Positions 29,667 to 42,449 of a DNA stretch of 64,000 bases are shown here, piece by piece. Source of the stretch: Candidatus Aminicenantes bacterium. GTDB taxonomy: Bacteria > Acidobacteriota > Aminicenantia > UBA2199. Position numbers and translations under genes: made by a program. The notes beneath the pieces are model-generated. The model made no database searches. It worked only from the letters and a program-made list of their open reading frames with translations, and was not told where the DNA came from. How positions within the stretch are numbered: the stretch's first letter is position 1; every line of letters starts with the position of its first letter. Location of the stretch: positions 939,409-1,003,408 of the forward strand of contig CAVXAL010000003.1 of assembly GCA_963759765.1 (NCBI GenBank). Reading direction: 5' to 3'.

Positions 29667-30554
29667 TTAAAAATGGATGCGGATGCCGGCCTGCAGGCTG
29701 ACGCCGCTGAAGTCGATTTTCGCTTCACCCAAATCCATAATTTCTGGTATACCTCCTGTTCCTGAAAAGTTTGCGAGGTATTTTTTATAGCTATAAATCC
29801 TAGAACCTATAAGAGAATGCATAAGATGAAGCTCACCTGATCCGGTATAGGTATAGCCCGTGCTATCTGCATACACATCTTCACCTTTAAAACCACCATT
29901 GAAACGGGCATACCTTCCTTGGGCTTCGATGAAGATGGCCAACTTGGGAGACATGTTGTATTCAATACCCAGATTCCCCACTGCGCCCAGACCGATTCTA
30001 TGGTCACTATAGGTGTGCTCTGACCAAAAGGGAGACATCCCATCGGTTTCCACACGCTCAAATTCGTGAAATTGGGCAGTCGGATAGAATTCCCCGCCGA
30101 CACCAGCAGTGAAATTGAATCTTCTGCCTAAGGGCGTGGTATAAAACATGGCCAGCCGTATCGGCAATGCCCACAACTGTGGATTCGAAGTAATTTTATT
30201 TACTGTACCGGATTGGGAAAAAGTCGCCTGAGAAGTCCTGGAACTCCTCAGATACCCGGAGCCGATGCTCACACCCAGGTGCCGGTTGAATTGAAGGATC
30301 AGGTCAACGCCTAAATCAAAACCATAATGGAGCGCTTTGTAGCCCCCGGTTTGCGTCCAGCCGTTACCGGCATTATAATAATCATCTCTCCAGGCATCGA
30401 AAATCCCCTGACTGCCGGGGTTCACATCTCCTGCTTGCAGATAGTTCAATCCGCCTCTCACCTTTAAACTGAAGCTCACTTCCGCCAGTGTCAGACTCGG
30501 TATTAAACAAAATGCAAATACAAACACAATCGGGAAAAAATGTTTTTTGCTCAT
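29667..30554 (-). CDS. Outer-membrane beta-barrel protein (AT-rich)
   Basis: Signal peptide, amphipathic strands, C-terminal GVSLQAGIRIHF. Confidence 0.8.
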   Translation of the reverse strand: MSKKHFFPIVFVFAFCLIPSLTLAEVSFSLKVRGGLNYLQAGDVNPGSQGIFDAWRDDYYNAGNGWTQTGGYKALHYGFDLGVDLILQFNRHLGVSIGSGYLRSSRTSQATFSQSGTVNKITSNPQLWALPIRLAMFYTTPLGRRFNFTAGVGGEFYPTAQFHEFERVETDGMSPFWSEHTYSDHRIGLGAVGNLGIEYNMSPKLAIFIEAQGRYARFNGGFKGEDVYADSTGYTYTGSGELHLMHSLIGSRIYSYKKYLANFSGTGGIPEIMDLGEAKIDFSGVSLQAGIRIHF

Positions 30555-30716
30555 AACCGATCACCTCTCCAAGACTATTCCCTTAATATCTCCATTTATA
30601 TATATAGTATTATTTTTTTTTCTGTCAACGTTTTTATCTTTTTTTGCCACATCTTCCAATGGCCGCCATTTAAAAAACGTGGCGATTGTACTATCATTAT
30701 GGCCTGAGGAGGCTTC

Positions 30717-31229
30717 ATGCGGCTCAAGAAACTCATTCGCGACGTTCCCGATTTTCCCAAACAAGGCATCGTTTTCAAGGATATCACCACCCTGCTTTCT
30801 GACGGCAAGGCGCTGCGCCGGGCGGTCAGCCTGATGGCCAAGCCGTACCGCAAGATGCAAGTGGACAAGGTGGTGGCCATCGAAGCGCGCGGCTTCATCT
30901 TCGGCGCGCTGCTGGCTTTCAAGCTCGGCTGCGGCCTGGTGCCGGCCCGCAAAAAGGGCAAGCTCCCCTTTCGCACGATTACGGAAGAGTATGCCCTGGA
31001 ATACGGGACCAGCACCCTGGAGCTCCACAGCGATGCCATCGCGGCGGGCGAGAAAGTGATCATCGTCGATGACCTGCTGGCCACGGGCGGCACGGCGCTG
31101 GCCGCGGCGCGGCTGGTGGAGCGGCTGGGCGGGGAGGTGCTGGGCATCGAATTCCTGATCGAGCTCGAATTCCTGAAAGGACGGCAGAAGCTCCTGACCT
31201 ACCCGGTGCGCAGCATCATCCGGTTCTAG
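30717..31229 (+). CDS. apt: Adenine phosphoribosyltransferase
   Basis: PDFPKQGIVFKDIT, EARGF, YALEYG, VDDLLATGGT. Confidence 0.96.
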   Translation: MRLKKLIRDVPDFPKQGIVFKDITTLLSDGKALRRAVSLMAKPYRKMQVDKVVAIEARGFIFGALLAFKLGCGLVPARKKGKLPFRTITEEYALEYGTSTLELHSDAIAAGEKVIIVDDLLATGGTALAAARLVERLGGEVLGIEFLIELEFLKGRQKLLTYPVRSIIRF

Positions 31230-31234
31230 GCGTC

Positions 31235-31639
31235 ATGCGCATCGTCTGGATACTGTCGGCCATCATCCAACAGTTTCTGCTGATGCAGCCCATCCAGAAT
31301 TCGCTGCAGCAGGGCCGCTGGGAGCAGTGGCGCGCGATCTGCCAGGAGAAAGTGGCGGTGAACCTGGAGGATCCCCTGGCCAGCAAGGGCTATTTTGATC
31401 GCGACCAGTTCGTCTTCGAGTTTTCCAAGAAATTTTCGCGCCTGCGCCTGGAGAATGATGCGTTGCGGCCGGGTTTGGAATGGGCCTCGCTGCAGGTGGA
31501 GGAGAACATCGCGGTGCAGTCGCTCAACCTGATCCTGATCGACCGCTTTTCCGGCCGGCGCATCCCCTACAAGCTGATTTTCTTTTTGAGAAAGCAGAAA
31601 GAATGGAAACTTTACTACCTGCGCGGCTTAAACCTCTGA
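31235..31639 (+). CDS. Hypothetical protein
   Basis: 134-aa ORF with host-like codon usage between apt and the kinase. Confidence 0.6.
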   Translation: MRIVWILSAIIQQFLLMQPIQNSLQQGRWEQWRAICQEKVAVNLEDPLASKGYFDRDQFVFEFSKKFSRLRLENDALRPGLEWASLQVEENIAVQSLNLILIDRFSGRRIPYKLIFFLRKQKEWKLYYLRGLNL

Positions 31640-34600
31640 CCCTGCTGATCCTGGCCGGGCTCTGGCTGGCGGCCGGCCTGGGATTTCACTTTTTTTATCC
31701 CGGCAGTCTCACGCCAGCCGACATCGAGAAACAGGTCAACAAGAATATCGTCCGCATCGAAGCGGAGCTGCGGCTGCAGGTGCAGCGGCTGGAACAGCGT
31801 TCCGAGGCGCTGCTGGCACGTTTCCGCGCCGGGAACCTGAACGAGTCCGAACTGGAGCCCCAGGAGGCGCTGATCGAGGAAAAGGAGGGTGTGGTCGCTT
31901 CCACCATCGGAGAAATTTACTATTTCCGCCTTGACCCGCTGCCCCAGGGAGAGTGGCGGTTGCTGCAAAAGGGGCAGGATATTTTTTTCCTGCGCCTGGT
32001 GCAGCCCCACAGCTACTACGTCCGCTTTTTCATGAACGCCGGCTCCAATTTCATCCTCAGCGGTCTGCGCTTCCCCTTCGCCATCCGGGAATTGAAGCTG
32101 ACCGGCCAGCCGCTGGCCGTTGCCCCCGATGAATTCTATTTTCAGCAGGACCGCCAGCAGTTCGTGCGGACCGGCTGCTGCGCAATTCCCAAGGGCAACT
32201 GGTTCTCAACCTGGTGTTTTCGGCAGCCGACATTGCTCTCCGCTATCGTAAAATCAAGAGCCTGCTGGAGCTGGCCTGGCTGGGACTTCTGGCTGCGGCG
32301 CTGTTTTTCCTTGGCCGCGGCCGCTCAACGTTTCGCACTCTCCTGCTCCGCTTTCTGGCGCTGCTGCTGCTCTTTGTCGGACTGCACCAGGTGATCGCGC
32401 TCCATACCGTCCCCAACCTTTTTTTACCGTTCTGGCAGCCGCCGGTTGTCCCCATTTTTCAGTTGCTCAACACCCTCGTTTTCCTGCTGCTGGCAGGATA
32501 CGGGTGGCGGACATACCTGGGCCGGAGCAAACCGGTTTTCAGCATTTTGCTGTTCGACGCGCTGGCCCCGGTCGCGCTAATCATGATGCGGACCGTGCTG
32601 CAGGGCATCCATTTTTCCTTTTCCGGATTTACCCTGGATGCCAGTTACCTGGCTTTGATCCTGGTGCTGCTGCTGCTGCACTTGTTGCCGCTGGCCGCTG
32701 CCGCCCTGGGCGCGAACACCGGCAAACCGGTGCCGGCCTGGCTGCTGGCAGCGCAACCGCTGATGTGGGCGGTTTATCTGGTGCGGGGGGGGCCCAACGC
32801 CTTCAATTTTCTTTTGCTCATGGTGGCCCTGGCAGCCCTGTTTCTGATCCGTCGGCCCGCCTGGCGGCAACTGGCACTCGTTGTGCTCCTGGCCGTCTCG
32901 TTAACCGAACTGACCGACTTCTATACCCGCAAGGAGAAGCGGGAGTTTGTCGAGACCAACCTGCGGACGATTTTTTCCAGCCAGAATCCCTATGCCAAGC
33001 TGGTGGCCCGCGAAATCGTCTACGGTTTCAATTCCCGGCAGAAGCCGTTCGCGGAATTTTTCAAGAAAGAGGCGGGCGCCGAGCTGAAAAGCATCTGGGA
33101 AAACAGCCTGGCAGCCAAGGAGATGATTGCCTCCGGTATCTACGTCATCAACAAGGACGACGAGATCGTCAACTCCACCAATTACCGGCTCCCTTACATC
33201 AAGGTGCAGCGGGAAAATATTTTCCCTTTCTGGCATGTGGAGGAGGTGCGGGCCCAGCTCTTCGGCCGGACCTTCGACCTGGCCGTGGCGGCGATCAACG
33301 TGTTCGAAAACACCGAATATATCGGCTACATCATGGTGCAGGTGAAGAATGCGCCCGAGCTGATCCTCAGGAACGAAGACCAGACTTCGCTGTTCACCAT
33401 CAACCCCAAAATCCGCAGCGAGGGGTTCGGCTACATCCGCATCGCTGAAGACGGCCGGGTCATGGACAATCCGGCCAACGTCAACCTGGAAAACATCGCG
33501 GCGCTGTCTGTGCCCAGCGACCGCTGGCTGCGCTTCCGTTCCATGGGCGTGAGCTACAGCGGCTATCCCTTCCGCGACAACGAGAACACCGTGGTCATCT
33601 TTTTCCCGGACAGCAGCGTGTTCCAGACCGTCTCGGAGTTTGTCCGGCACCTGACCTTTCTTCTGTTGCTGCTGCTCCTGGCCCGCAGCGGCCAAATGAA
33701 AAAAATCGACTGGCGGGCCTATTTCAATTCGTTTTCCATGAAGGTCTTCCTCATCCTGGTCCTGATCGCCCTGCTCACCGCCGCTCTCTTTTCCCTCTTT
33801 TCCTTGAATTTCCATTTCCCGGCCCTGGAGAGGCAGTTCAACCAGGCCATTTACGAAAAAGGGCGCATGGCCCGCAACGTGATAAACAACCTGGTGCCGG
33901 AGGGGGCGGAACTCTCCTGGAACCAGGTTTTCCTGCTGTCCGATATTCTCGGCAACGATGTCAGCGTCTACGATGCCCGCGGCAACGCCGGCCTGCTCTT
34001 CGCCTCCAACACCGGCCGGCAGACTGCAGGGCCGCATCCCAATCTATCTGCGCACCTCCGTTGGCAAGGACCTGGAACGGGAAAACCCCTTCGTGCTGGA
34101 GAAGAAGGGCCAGAGCCTGGCGCTCTATTTTCTGGCTCCGCTCTACCTGCAGGTTCCGCCCGCCTATATTTTCGCCATCGAATTCTCCTCCAACGCCGCC
34201 GACCTGGCCCGGGCCCGCGACGACTACATCGATTTCATCACCACCCTCTTTTTCATCCTTATTGCCTTCGGCCTGGCCGCTGCCATTTTTTCCCGCAACC
34301 GCATCCTGGCGCCCATTCACCAGCTGAACCAGGGGATGCGCGAAGTGGAAAAAGGGAACCTGCAGCCGCTGTCGGCCGTTCCCTCGGAAATCGAGCTGCG
34401 CAGCCTCTACCTGGGCTTCAACGCCATGATCGAGGGTATCCGGGAACAGCGCGAGAACATTTCCGAACTGGCGCGGATGAAGACGATGATCCAGCTGGGG
34501 CGGCGCGTGGCCCACGAGGTCAAGAACCCGCTCACGCCCATTAAGCTCTCGGCCGAACAGATCCAGCGCTCGCTGGACGACAAGAGCAAGAACTACGAGG

Positions 34601-35165
34601 AGACGGTGCGCCGCGCCGTGCGTTTCATTATCGAGGAAACGGAGCACCTGAGGAAAGTGTCTTACGGATTCCTGGACCTTTCCAAACTGGACGAGCTTCA
34701 TGCCGAAGCGGTCGACCTGGCCGATTTGGTGCGCCAGGAGGTCGAGGTCATGGGCTCCCTGTTTCCGCGGATGCGTTTCGATCTGGAACTGCCGGTACAC
34801 CCGCTCTCGGCGGTGATCGATCGCCTCAAGATCAAGCAGGCGCTGCGCAATCTCTTGAACAACGCGGTCGAGGCCCTGGCCGGCTTCAACGGAGCCGGAC
34901 GGCAGGCATGGACCCGCGCGTAGCCGTGGAATTGCAAGAGCGCGGCGAGGAGGCCGAGCTGACGGTCAGCGACAACGGCGGCGGCATGCGCGAAAAAGAG
35001 CTCGACCGGGTGCTCAGCGATACCTATTCGAGCAAAGAACTGGGAACCGGCCTGGGCTTGATCATCGTGCGCCGGATCATGGAGCTGCACCGGGGCAGCA
35101 TGGAGATTGTTTCCGGCCCGGACCGCGGCACCCGCGTGCGCCTCCGTTTTCACACCCATGTTTGA
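31603..35165 (+). CDS. Very large multi-TM HAMP sensor histidine kinase, NtrY-like C-terminus (about 3 frameshifts)
   Basis: Four consecutive ORF pieces; VAHEVKNPLTPI, NLLNNAVEA, SDNGGG, GTGLGL. Confidence 0.82.
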
Positions 35166-36069
35166 GAAACCGAGTCCCCTGAGACCCGGCGACGCGGTGG
35201 GCATCTTTCTGCCTGCCTCGCCGGTCAAAGAACCTTTCCGCAGCCAGGGTCTGCAGGCACTCCAACGCCTGGGCTTCCGGCCCGTGGAAATCGGAAATGT
35301 GTTCGAAAAAAACGATTTCTTGGCCCGGCGCCCGGAAAACGCTTTTGAAGACCTGCTGCGGTTTTTACGCGACCCGGAAATCAAGGCCCTCTGGGCCGGC
35401 CGGGGCGGGTACGGCTCCAACCACCTTTACCCGTTCTTGAGTAGGCTGCAGGGTCTGGCGGCCAAACCGCTCATCGCCTCTTCCGACGTCAGCTACCTGC
35501 TCTGGTTCATGCTGGAGCGCCTGCATTTGGTGGTCTTCTACGGGCCGATGGTCTACGGAGCACTGGCCGAGGGAAGTTTTGACGACCAGCAAACGCTGGC
35601 CGTTCTCTGCCAGCCGCAACCGCCGCCGCCGATTCCGGGCAGAGGTTTTGCGTCCGGGACGGGCGCGGGGCATTGTCACCGGCGGCTGCCTGGCCAATTT
35701 CGCTTCGCTGCTCGGCACGCCCCATCAACTGCCGGTGCGAACCGGATTCTGCTGCTCGAAGATGTCAACGAGCGGCCCTTCCGGCTCGACCGCATGATGT
35801 GGCAGATGCGAGCAAGCGGGCGCGCTGCGGGCGCGTGCGGGCGCTGGTTCTGGGCGAATTCCCGGGTTGTTTCAACGATGAAAACGAAAAAAGCCATTTT
35901 CTGGCGCGGTTGCAGACCTACACCGAGCCTCTAAAAATACCGGTTTTGTACGACCTGCCCTTGGGTCATGCCCCACGCTGCCAGACCCTGCCCCTGGGTG
36001 TGCGCGGCCGCGTCGACACGTCCGCGTTTGCCGGCTTGATCGCTGGAAGAAAGCGGCGTCAAGGCATGA
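35158..36069 (+). CDS. ldcA: LD-carboxypeptidase, S66 family (frameshifts)
   Basis: RGGYG, SSD, YGPM, GGCL, LEDVNE, GH..LPLG. Confidence 0.85.
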
Positions 36070-37453
36070 GAAACATTTTCCTCTGCGGCATCGCCGGCTC
36101 GGGCATGAGCGCGCTGGCCGGGCTCTTCAAGTCGGCGGGGCACGAGGTCAGCGGCTCGGATGTCGAACTTCTATCCGCCGGTGGGCGGAGATCCTCGCCG
36201 GCCTGGGCGTGACGCTCTTTCGCGGGTATTCGGAAAAGAACATTCCGGCGGACGTCGAACTCTGCGTGATCGGCAACGTCATCTGCCGAGGCAATCCCGA
36301 AGCCGAAACCATCCTCAACCAAGGGCTGGAATACTGCTCCATGGCCGAGGCCCTCTACCGCTTCTTCATTGCCGGCCACACCTCGATTGTGGTCGCGGGC
36401 AGCCACGGCAAGACCACCATCGCCTCCTTCGCCGCCCACCTGCTGCAGCGGGCGGAACTGCAGCCCGGCTTTTTCATCGGCGGCAAGCCCCTGAATTTCG
36501 CCGCCAACCAGCAGCCGGCAGCCGGTTCCTATTTCATCAGCGAAGGCGATGAATACGATACCGCCTTTTTCGACCGCTCGCCCAAATTTTTGAAGTACCG
36601 GCCGCGCCTGCTGATTCTGTCCGCCCTGGAACACGACCACCTGGATCTCTATCCCGAGGAAAGGCAATACCTGAAAGTGTTCCGCGACTTGGTGGACCTG
36701 GTGCCGGCCAACGGACTGATCATCCTCAACCGCGATTTTCCGTTGGGCCTGAAAGCGGTGGAGCGGTCGCTGGCCCCGGTGCTGACCTACGGCGAGGGAG
36801 AGGCTGCGCTCCGCGTCTCAGCGGTGCAGCGGGAGAACGACGGTTATGCCTTCACCTTGCAGCGCGACGGCCGACCGTTCCATTTCCGCACTCATCTGCC
36901 CGGACGCTACCAGATTCTGAACCTGTGCGCGGGCATAGCGCTGGGCTTGCACCTGGGGATTACGGAAACCCGGATCGCTGAGGCGGTGGAAAGTTTCCGC
37001 GGCGTGGAACGCCGCCTGGCCCTCATTCAGCGCGCCGGCCGGACCGTCTTTATCGAGGATTTCGCCCATCATCCCACCGCCATCGCCTGGACGCTGGAAA
37101 GTCTGCGCGAATTCTATCCCGGCCAGAGGCTGCTGGCCGTGTGGGAGCCGCGTTCCTGGAGCCTGCGCCGCAATTTTTTCCAGTCTCGGCTTCCCGCCAG
37201 TTTCGCCGCCGCCGATGAGGTGGCCATCATGGATGTGTTTGAAAAGGAGAAAATTCCGCCGGGCGAGAGGCTGGACGTGGCGGCGCTGCGGACGGAACTG
37301 AAAACGCGGGGCAAGGAGGTGTCGTTCTTTGCCGACTACGACGCGCTGAAGCAATTCTTGGCCGGCCTGGATCTTTGCCAGCCCCGGGTGGTGGCCCTGC
37401 TCTCCAACGGCAGTTTCGGCGGCATCCCCCAGTTTGTGCGCACCCTTTCCTGA
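36066..37453 (+). CDS. mpl: Murein peptide ligase (Mpl/MurC family; frameshifts near 36165-36190)
   Basis: GIAGSGMS, GSHGKTT, EGDEYDTAFFD, DFAHHPT, EPRS, SNGSFGG. Confidence 0.87.
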
Positions 37454-37495
37454 TTGCCCCCAATTCTGGTAAAATCAGCTTTTCACGGAGGTTCC

Positions 37496-40400
37496 ATGAA
37501 GAAGATTTTTTTCATTCTCGCTGTCTTGACATTGCTCTCACTGACGTCGGTCGCCGTGCAGGAGGCGCGCTTCCTGCGTTTCCCGGACATCCACGGGAAT
37601 ACGATCGTCTTTACCTATGAGAACGACCTCTGGCTGATTGAGGCGGGCGGCGGCCCGGCCCGGCGCATCACCAGCTTTCCCGGTGCGGAATATGCCGCCA
37701 AGTTCTCGCCGGACGGCCGCTGGATCGCCTTCACCGGCACCTACGACGGCCCGACCCAGGTCTACCTGATCCCGGCCGAGGGCGGCGAACCCAAACGGTT
37801 GACCTATCATCCCGGCGACGCCCAGACTCTGGCCTGGACACCCGACGGGGAAAAGATCGTCTTTCGCTCTTTTTTCGAAAATTTCATCCAGCGCGATCCC
37901 AACCTCTATTTCGTGAGCCGCAGCGGCGGCGTCCCTGAGCGGCTGCCTCTGGACCGCGGCGTGCTCTGCAGTTTTTCGGCTGACGGCAAAAAGATGCTCT
38001 ACTGCCGCAAGGGGAGGGAGGAGTACCAGTGGAAGCGCTACCAGGGCGGCCAGTACCAGGACATCTGGCTTTACGATTTCGCCAGCGGCCGCTTCACCCC
38101 GGTTTCCGATTACGTGGGCAAGAACAGCTACCCGATGTGGATCGGGGGCCAGATGGCCTTTGTCTGCGACCGGGACAACGGCATCGCCAACCTCTACCTC
38201 GAGGATCTGGACACCAAGAAGATGGAACCGCTGACTCGCTTCAATGATTTCGACGTGATGATGCCGAGACTCGGACGGCAGATCCATCGTCTTCATGCAG
38301 GACGGTTACCTGCACCTGCTGGACGTGGCCAGCCGCCAGGAAAAAGCTCAGCGTCTTCGTGCAGTCCGACCGCTGGCAGCTGCGGCCGCGGGTGATCAAT
38401 CCCAGAGAATACGTGCACCAGGCGAGCGTGGCCAACGATGGCCAGAGACTGGCGGTCGAGGCCCGCGGCGACCTGTTTCTGGTGCCGGCAGAAAAAGGCC
38501 AGACCCGCAACCTGAGCAACAGCCCCGGCACCCGGGAGATGCATCCCCAGCTTTCCCCCGACGGCAAGTGGCTGGCGTTCTTCTCCGACAAGAGCGGCGA
38601 ATATCAGCTCTATATCCAGAAGAGCGAGGGCGGGCAGTGGCAACCCCTGACCCGCACGCTGGACCGCTTCGTCTATCAAGCTGCTCTGGTCGCCGGACGG
38701 GAAAAAGATTCTGTTCGGCAACAAGGATTTGGCGCTGTTCTACGTTGACGTGGCGAGCCAGAAGCTGGTCAAGATCGACGAGTCCAACCGCCTGAAGAAC
38801 GACGAGTTTTACTGGGAGATCAGCGACTACGACTGGTCGCCGGACAGCCGCTGGATCTGCTACACCCAGGTGCAGCCCAACCGCAACAGCCAGGTTTTCA
38901 TCTACAGCCTGGAACAGAACCGGCACTTCGCGGCGAGCGGCGATTTCTTCGACAATCTCAATCCCGCCTTTGACGCGAACGGAAGCTACCTCTATTACCT
39001 TTCCAGCCGCAACTTCAGCGTGCAGATGGATTTCTACGAGGACAACCACATCATCGATGCGCCCCAGCAGGTGATGCTGGTTCAACTCCGCGCCGGCGAA
39101 AAGCCGCCCTTTGCCGAGGAAGAGGAAAGCAAGACCGAGGAGAAGAAGGGCGGCAGCGAGCCGCTGGTCATCCAGACCGACGGCCTGGCCGGCCGCACCT
39201 TCCCGCTGCCCGTGACTCCCGGAAACTATTTTTACCTGAAGGCCGGAAAGGGCAAGGTGCTCTGGTGCTCGGTGCCCAAATTTACCGAAAGGAATTACGA
39301 TGAGATATTCAAGCCCGCTAGCCAGACCAAGTGGGATCTGCATATCTTCGACGTGCGGGAGAAGAAAGAGGTGGTGCTGAACGAGCCGATCGCCGCTTAC
39401 TCTCTCTCGACCAACGGCGAGCAGTCTGTTGCTGCGCAAGGACAGCGATTTCTTCCTGACCACCGTTGCCAAGGCGTTCGAGAGCAAGAGCCCAGGCCGG
39501 AAAGTGAACCTCTCCGGCATGGCCTACGAAATCGATTACGGCCAGGAGTGGCAGCAGATCTTCAACGACACCTGGCGCTGGTACCGCGATTTCTACTATG
39601 ATCCCGACATGAAGGGCCTGGACTGGAAGGGTATCGGCGAGACCTACCGCAAGATGCTGCCGCAACCTCTCCTCGCGCGATGAGCTGAACTGGCTGCTGT
39701 CGCAGATGGTGGGCGAGCTCTCCACCAGCCACGAATACATCGGCGGCGGCGACATGGGGCCGGCCGCGCTTCCCGCCTCTTCCATTTACACGGGACGGCT
39801 GGGTGCCGACCTGGCTGCCGATGCCCAGGCCGGGCATTACCGCTTCCAGAAGATATACGGTCCGACCGAATACAACCTCGACGTTCACGGCCCGTTGGCG
39901 CGGCCGGACATCGACCTGCGCGAAGGCGATTTCCTGCTGGCCATCAACGGCCGCGAGCTCAAGGTCGGAGACGATTACTTCCAATAGCTGCAGGTCATGC
40001 CGGGCCAGAAGGTGAAGATCACCGTGAACCGGGTTCCCAGCCTGGCGGGCGCCAAAACCTATGAGATCGAGCCGCTGCGCAACGATCGCGCACCTGCGCT
40101 ACACTGCGCTGGCTGACCGACAACATCCACAAGGTGCTGCAAGCCAGCGGCGGCCGGGTGGGTTACATGCACATCAATGCCATGGGTGGGGGCGGCATCG
40201 CCGAGTTCGACAAGTTCTGGCGGGCCTTCCGCTACCAGGAGGGCCTGATCATCGACGTGCGCCGCAACTCCGGCGGCTGGACCGAGTATTTCCTGATCGA
40301 CAAACTGGAGCGCCAGCAGGTGGCTTACAACGAGCTGGAGACATGGCGCCGTTCCGCTATCCGGGCAGCGCCGGCAACGGCAATGCTACGTGCGTGATCA

Positions 40401-40752
40401 GCAACGAGGACAACGGCTCGGACGGCGAGGCCTTCATCGAGCATTTCCAGGCGCGGCAGCTGGGCCCGGTGGTCGGCGTACCCTCCTGGGGCGGCCTGGT
40501 CGGCATCCTCAACGCCCAGCTGACCATTGACAACGGCAGCGTCAACCAGCCCAACAACGCCTTCTACGGCGACAGGGCGACTGGTGGGTGGAAAACCAGG
40601 GCGCCATCCCGGACATCCTCCTCGACAACGATCCGGCCTCGGTCATGGCCGGGAGCGATCCGCAGCTGGAAAAAGCCATCGAGGTGGTGCTGGAGATGAT
40701 CAAGAAGAATCCGCCGCAGTTCCCGGCCCGGCCTCCCTATCCCAAGAAATAG
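37496..40752 (+). CDS. Tricorn-like S41 protease, exported (many frameshifts, one in-frame TAG at 39985)
   Basis: PD40 repeats (FSPDG), MVGELSTSH, PDZ (LLAING), IIDVRRNSGG, NGSDGE, WGGLVG. Confidence 0.9.
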
Positions 40753-40759
40753 CCGGGGC

Positions 40760-41413
40760 ATGCGTTTTCAGGCGGTGCTGTTCGACCTGGACGGCACCCT
40801 GATCGATTCCATCGGCGACATCGCCGCCTGCATGAACCGCCTGTTGGCGGAAGAGGGAGTTCCCGGCCACAGCGTCGAGGAATACAAGAACCTGGTCGGC
40901 GAAGGGATCACCCGCCTGGTGGAGAAAGCGCTGCCGCCCGGCACTCCTGATCCCCGGCAGATCCCCGAACTGGTGCAGCGCTACCACCGGGAGTACGAGC
41001 GGCATTTTACCGACACCAGCCGTCCCTATGAGGGCGTTCCCGAGCTGCTCGATGTGTTGAGCCAGAAACATGTACCGCTGGCCATTCTCTCCAACAAGTC
41101 GGAGGAGCTGACCCGCATTATGGTGGAACGGTTTTTATGGCGCTGGCGCTTTGCCCAGGTTCTGGGAGAAATGGAGGAACGGCCCAGGAAACCGCACCCG
41201 GCAGCAGCCCTGGAAATTGCCCGCCGCATGGGATTGGCTCCGGAAGTTTTCGTCTACCTGGGAGATTCGTCCGTGGACATGCACACCGCTCAAGCGGCAG
41301 GCATGCATCCGGTTGGCGCGCTCTGGGGGTTTCGCAGCAGCCGGGAACTCGCGGCTGCGGGAGCCGCTGCCTTGATCCGCAAGCCGGCAGAACTGCTCGA
41401 CTTTTTCCCCTAG
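40760..41413 (+). CDS. HAD-family hydrolase (phosphoglycolate phosphatase-like)
   Basis: FDLDGTL, SNK, KPHP, GDSSVD. Confidence 0.9.
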   Translation: MRFQAVLFDLDGTLIDSIGDIAACMNRLLAEEGVPGHSVEEYKNLVGEGITRLVEKALPPGTPDPRQIPELVQRYHREYERHFTDTSRPYEGVPELLDVLSQKHVPLAILSNKSEELTRIMVERFLWRWRFAQVLGEMEERPRKPHPAAALEIARRMGLAPEVFVYLGDSSVDMHTAQAAGMHPVGALWGFRSSRELAAAGAAALIRKPAELLDFFP

Positions 41414-41426
41414 GGTGGGCAGCGGG

Positions 41427-41618
41427 TCAGGCTTCGGCCTTGGGAATGACCAGCCAGAGCACCAAGTAGATGAGGATGCCCGGAAAAGCCACGCTGAGGA
41501 TGGAAATCAGCACATAGGCGACCCGCACCAGGGTCGGGTCGACATCGAAATACTCTCCCAGGCCGCCGCAGATGCCGGCGATCATGCGGTTTTTACGTGA
41601 ACGCCTCAGTGTTTTCAT
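41427..41618 (-). CDS. PspC domain protein
   Basis: LRRSRKNRMIAGICGGLGEYF..DPTLVR. Confidence 0.9.
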   Translation of the reverse strand: MKTLRRSRKNRMIAGICGGLGEYFDVDPTLVRVAYVLISILSVAFPGILIYLVLWLVIPKAEA

Positions 41619-41691
41619 CTCAACGCTCCCGTCGGTTCATGTCCTGCATTTAAGCCATCTATTAAACGCAAGCGCGGCCCCTGCGGTTCCC

Positions 41692-42444
41692 TCAGGGCTG
41701 GCAGCGTTTGCGGAATTCGCAGAAACGGCACAGGACACCTTCTTTTTTGTAAAAGACGCCCTTGCCGATGTTCTCGGCCACATGCACGACCACGTCCAGC
41801 ATGCGCTCGACCTCGTCGGCCGCAGGAGCGTGAAGCGCAGGCTCTGATGCCGGATGTTCTCGGCGTTCCGGGCATAGAGAATTTCGAATTTCAGCGTCGA
41901 GTTGACGGAGCCGTAGGTGCGGTCGAAAAGGAATTTGTAGATCAGCATCTGCAACGAGCTGCGGGCCTTCTGGTCGGACCATTTGTTGGAAGCGGTCTTG
42001 AAGTCGGTGATGCAGAAATCCTCTTCCACTAAGTCGATGATCCCTTTGAGCAGGATGCCGCTGTCGCCGATTTCCACCAGCAGTTCCTTTTCGCAGAAAA
42101 GCGGGCGGGTTGCGGGCCCGATCTCAGTCAAAAAATAGGCGAGGGAAGGCCTGCCCTCGCTCGCAGGTGGGGCCGGGCGGCACGCTCCAGGAAACGTTCT
42201 CCGACTCCTTCAAGGTTGCAAAAACGTCGTTGAAAATAGCGAAAACCTCCGCGCGTTCCACAGCGAGATTCTGGATGCGCTTGCCGAAATAGTGCTCGAG
42301 AGCGGAGTGGAAGGCCTGACCGAGCAGGATCTTGTCGTTGAGCAGCGGTGGAATTTCCTCCACATAGGCGAAGCAGTACTTGCGGGGACAATCGATGTAG
42401 GAACGAACCTGGTTATGGGAGATGTAGCCGCGGGGCAGAGGCAT
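41692..42444 (-). CDS. PD-(D/E)XK nuclease, RecB/Cas4-like with Fe-S cysteines (frameshifts)
   Basis: YIDCPRKY, GQAFH, GIIDLV..DFKT, QMLIY, LCRFCEFRKRC. Confidence 0.8.
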
Positions 42445-42449
42445 TGAAA

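Noticed and set aside
35673-36212. LdcA-Mpl fusion
   Set aside because: Frameshift artifact; an ATGA overlap at 36066-36069 gives two normal genes.
39985-39987. In-frame TAG in the tricorn gene (DDYFQ*LQV) as possible pyrrolysine or stop recoding
   Set aside because: It lies in the most error-rich stretch, TAG terminates many genes here, and the MttB homolog has no amber. A TAC-to-TAG error is more likely.
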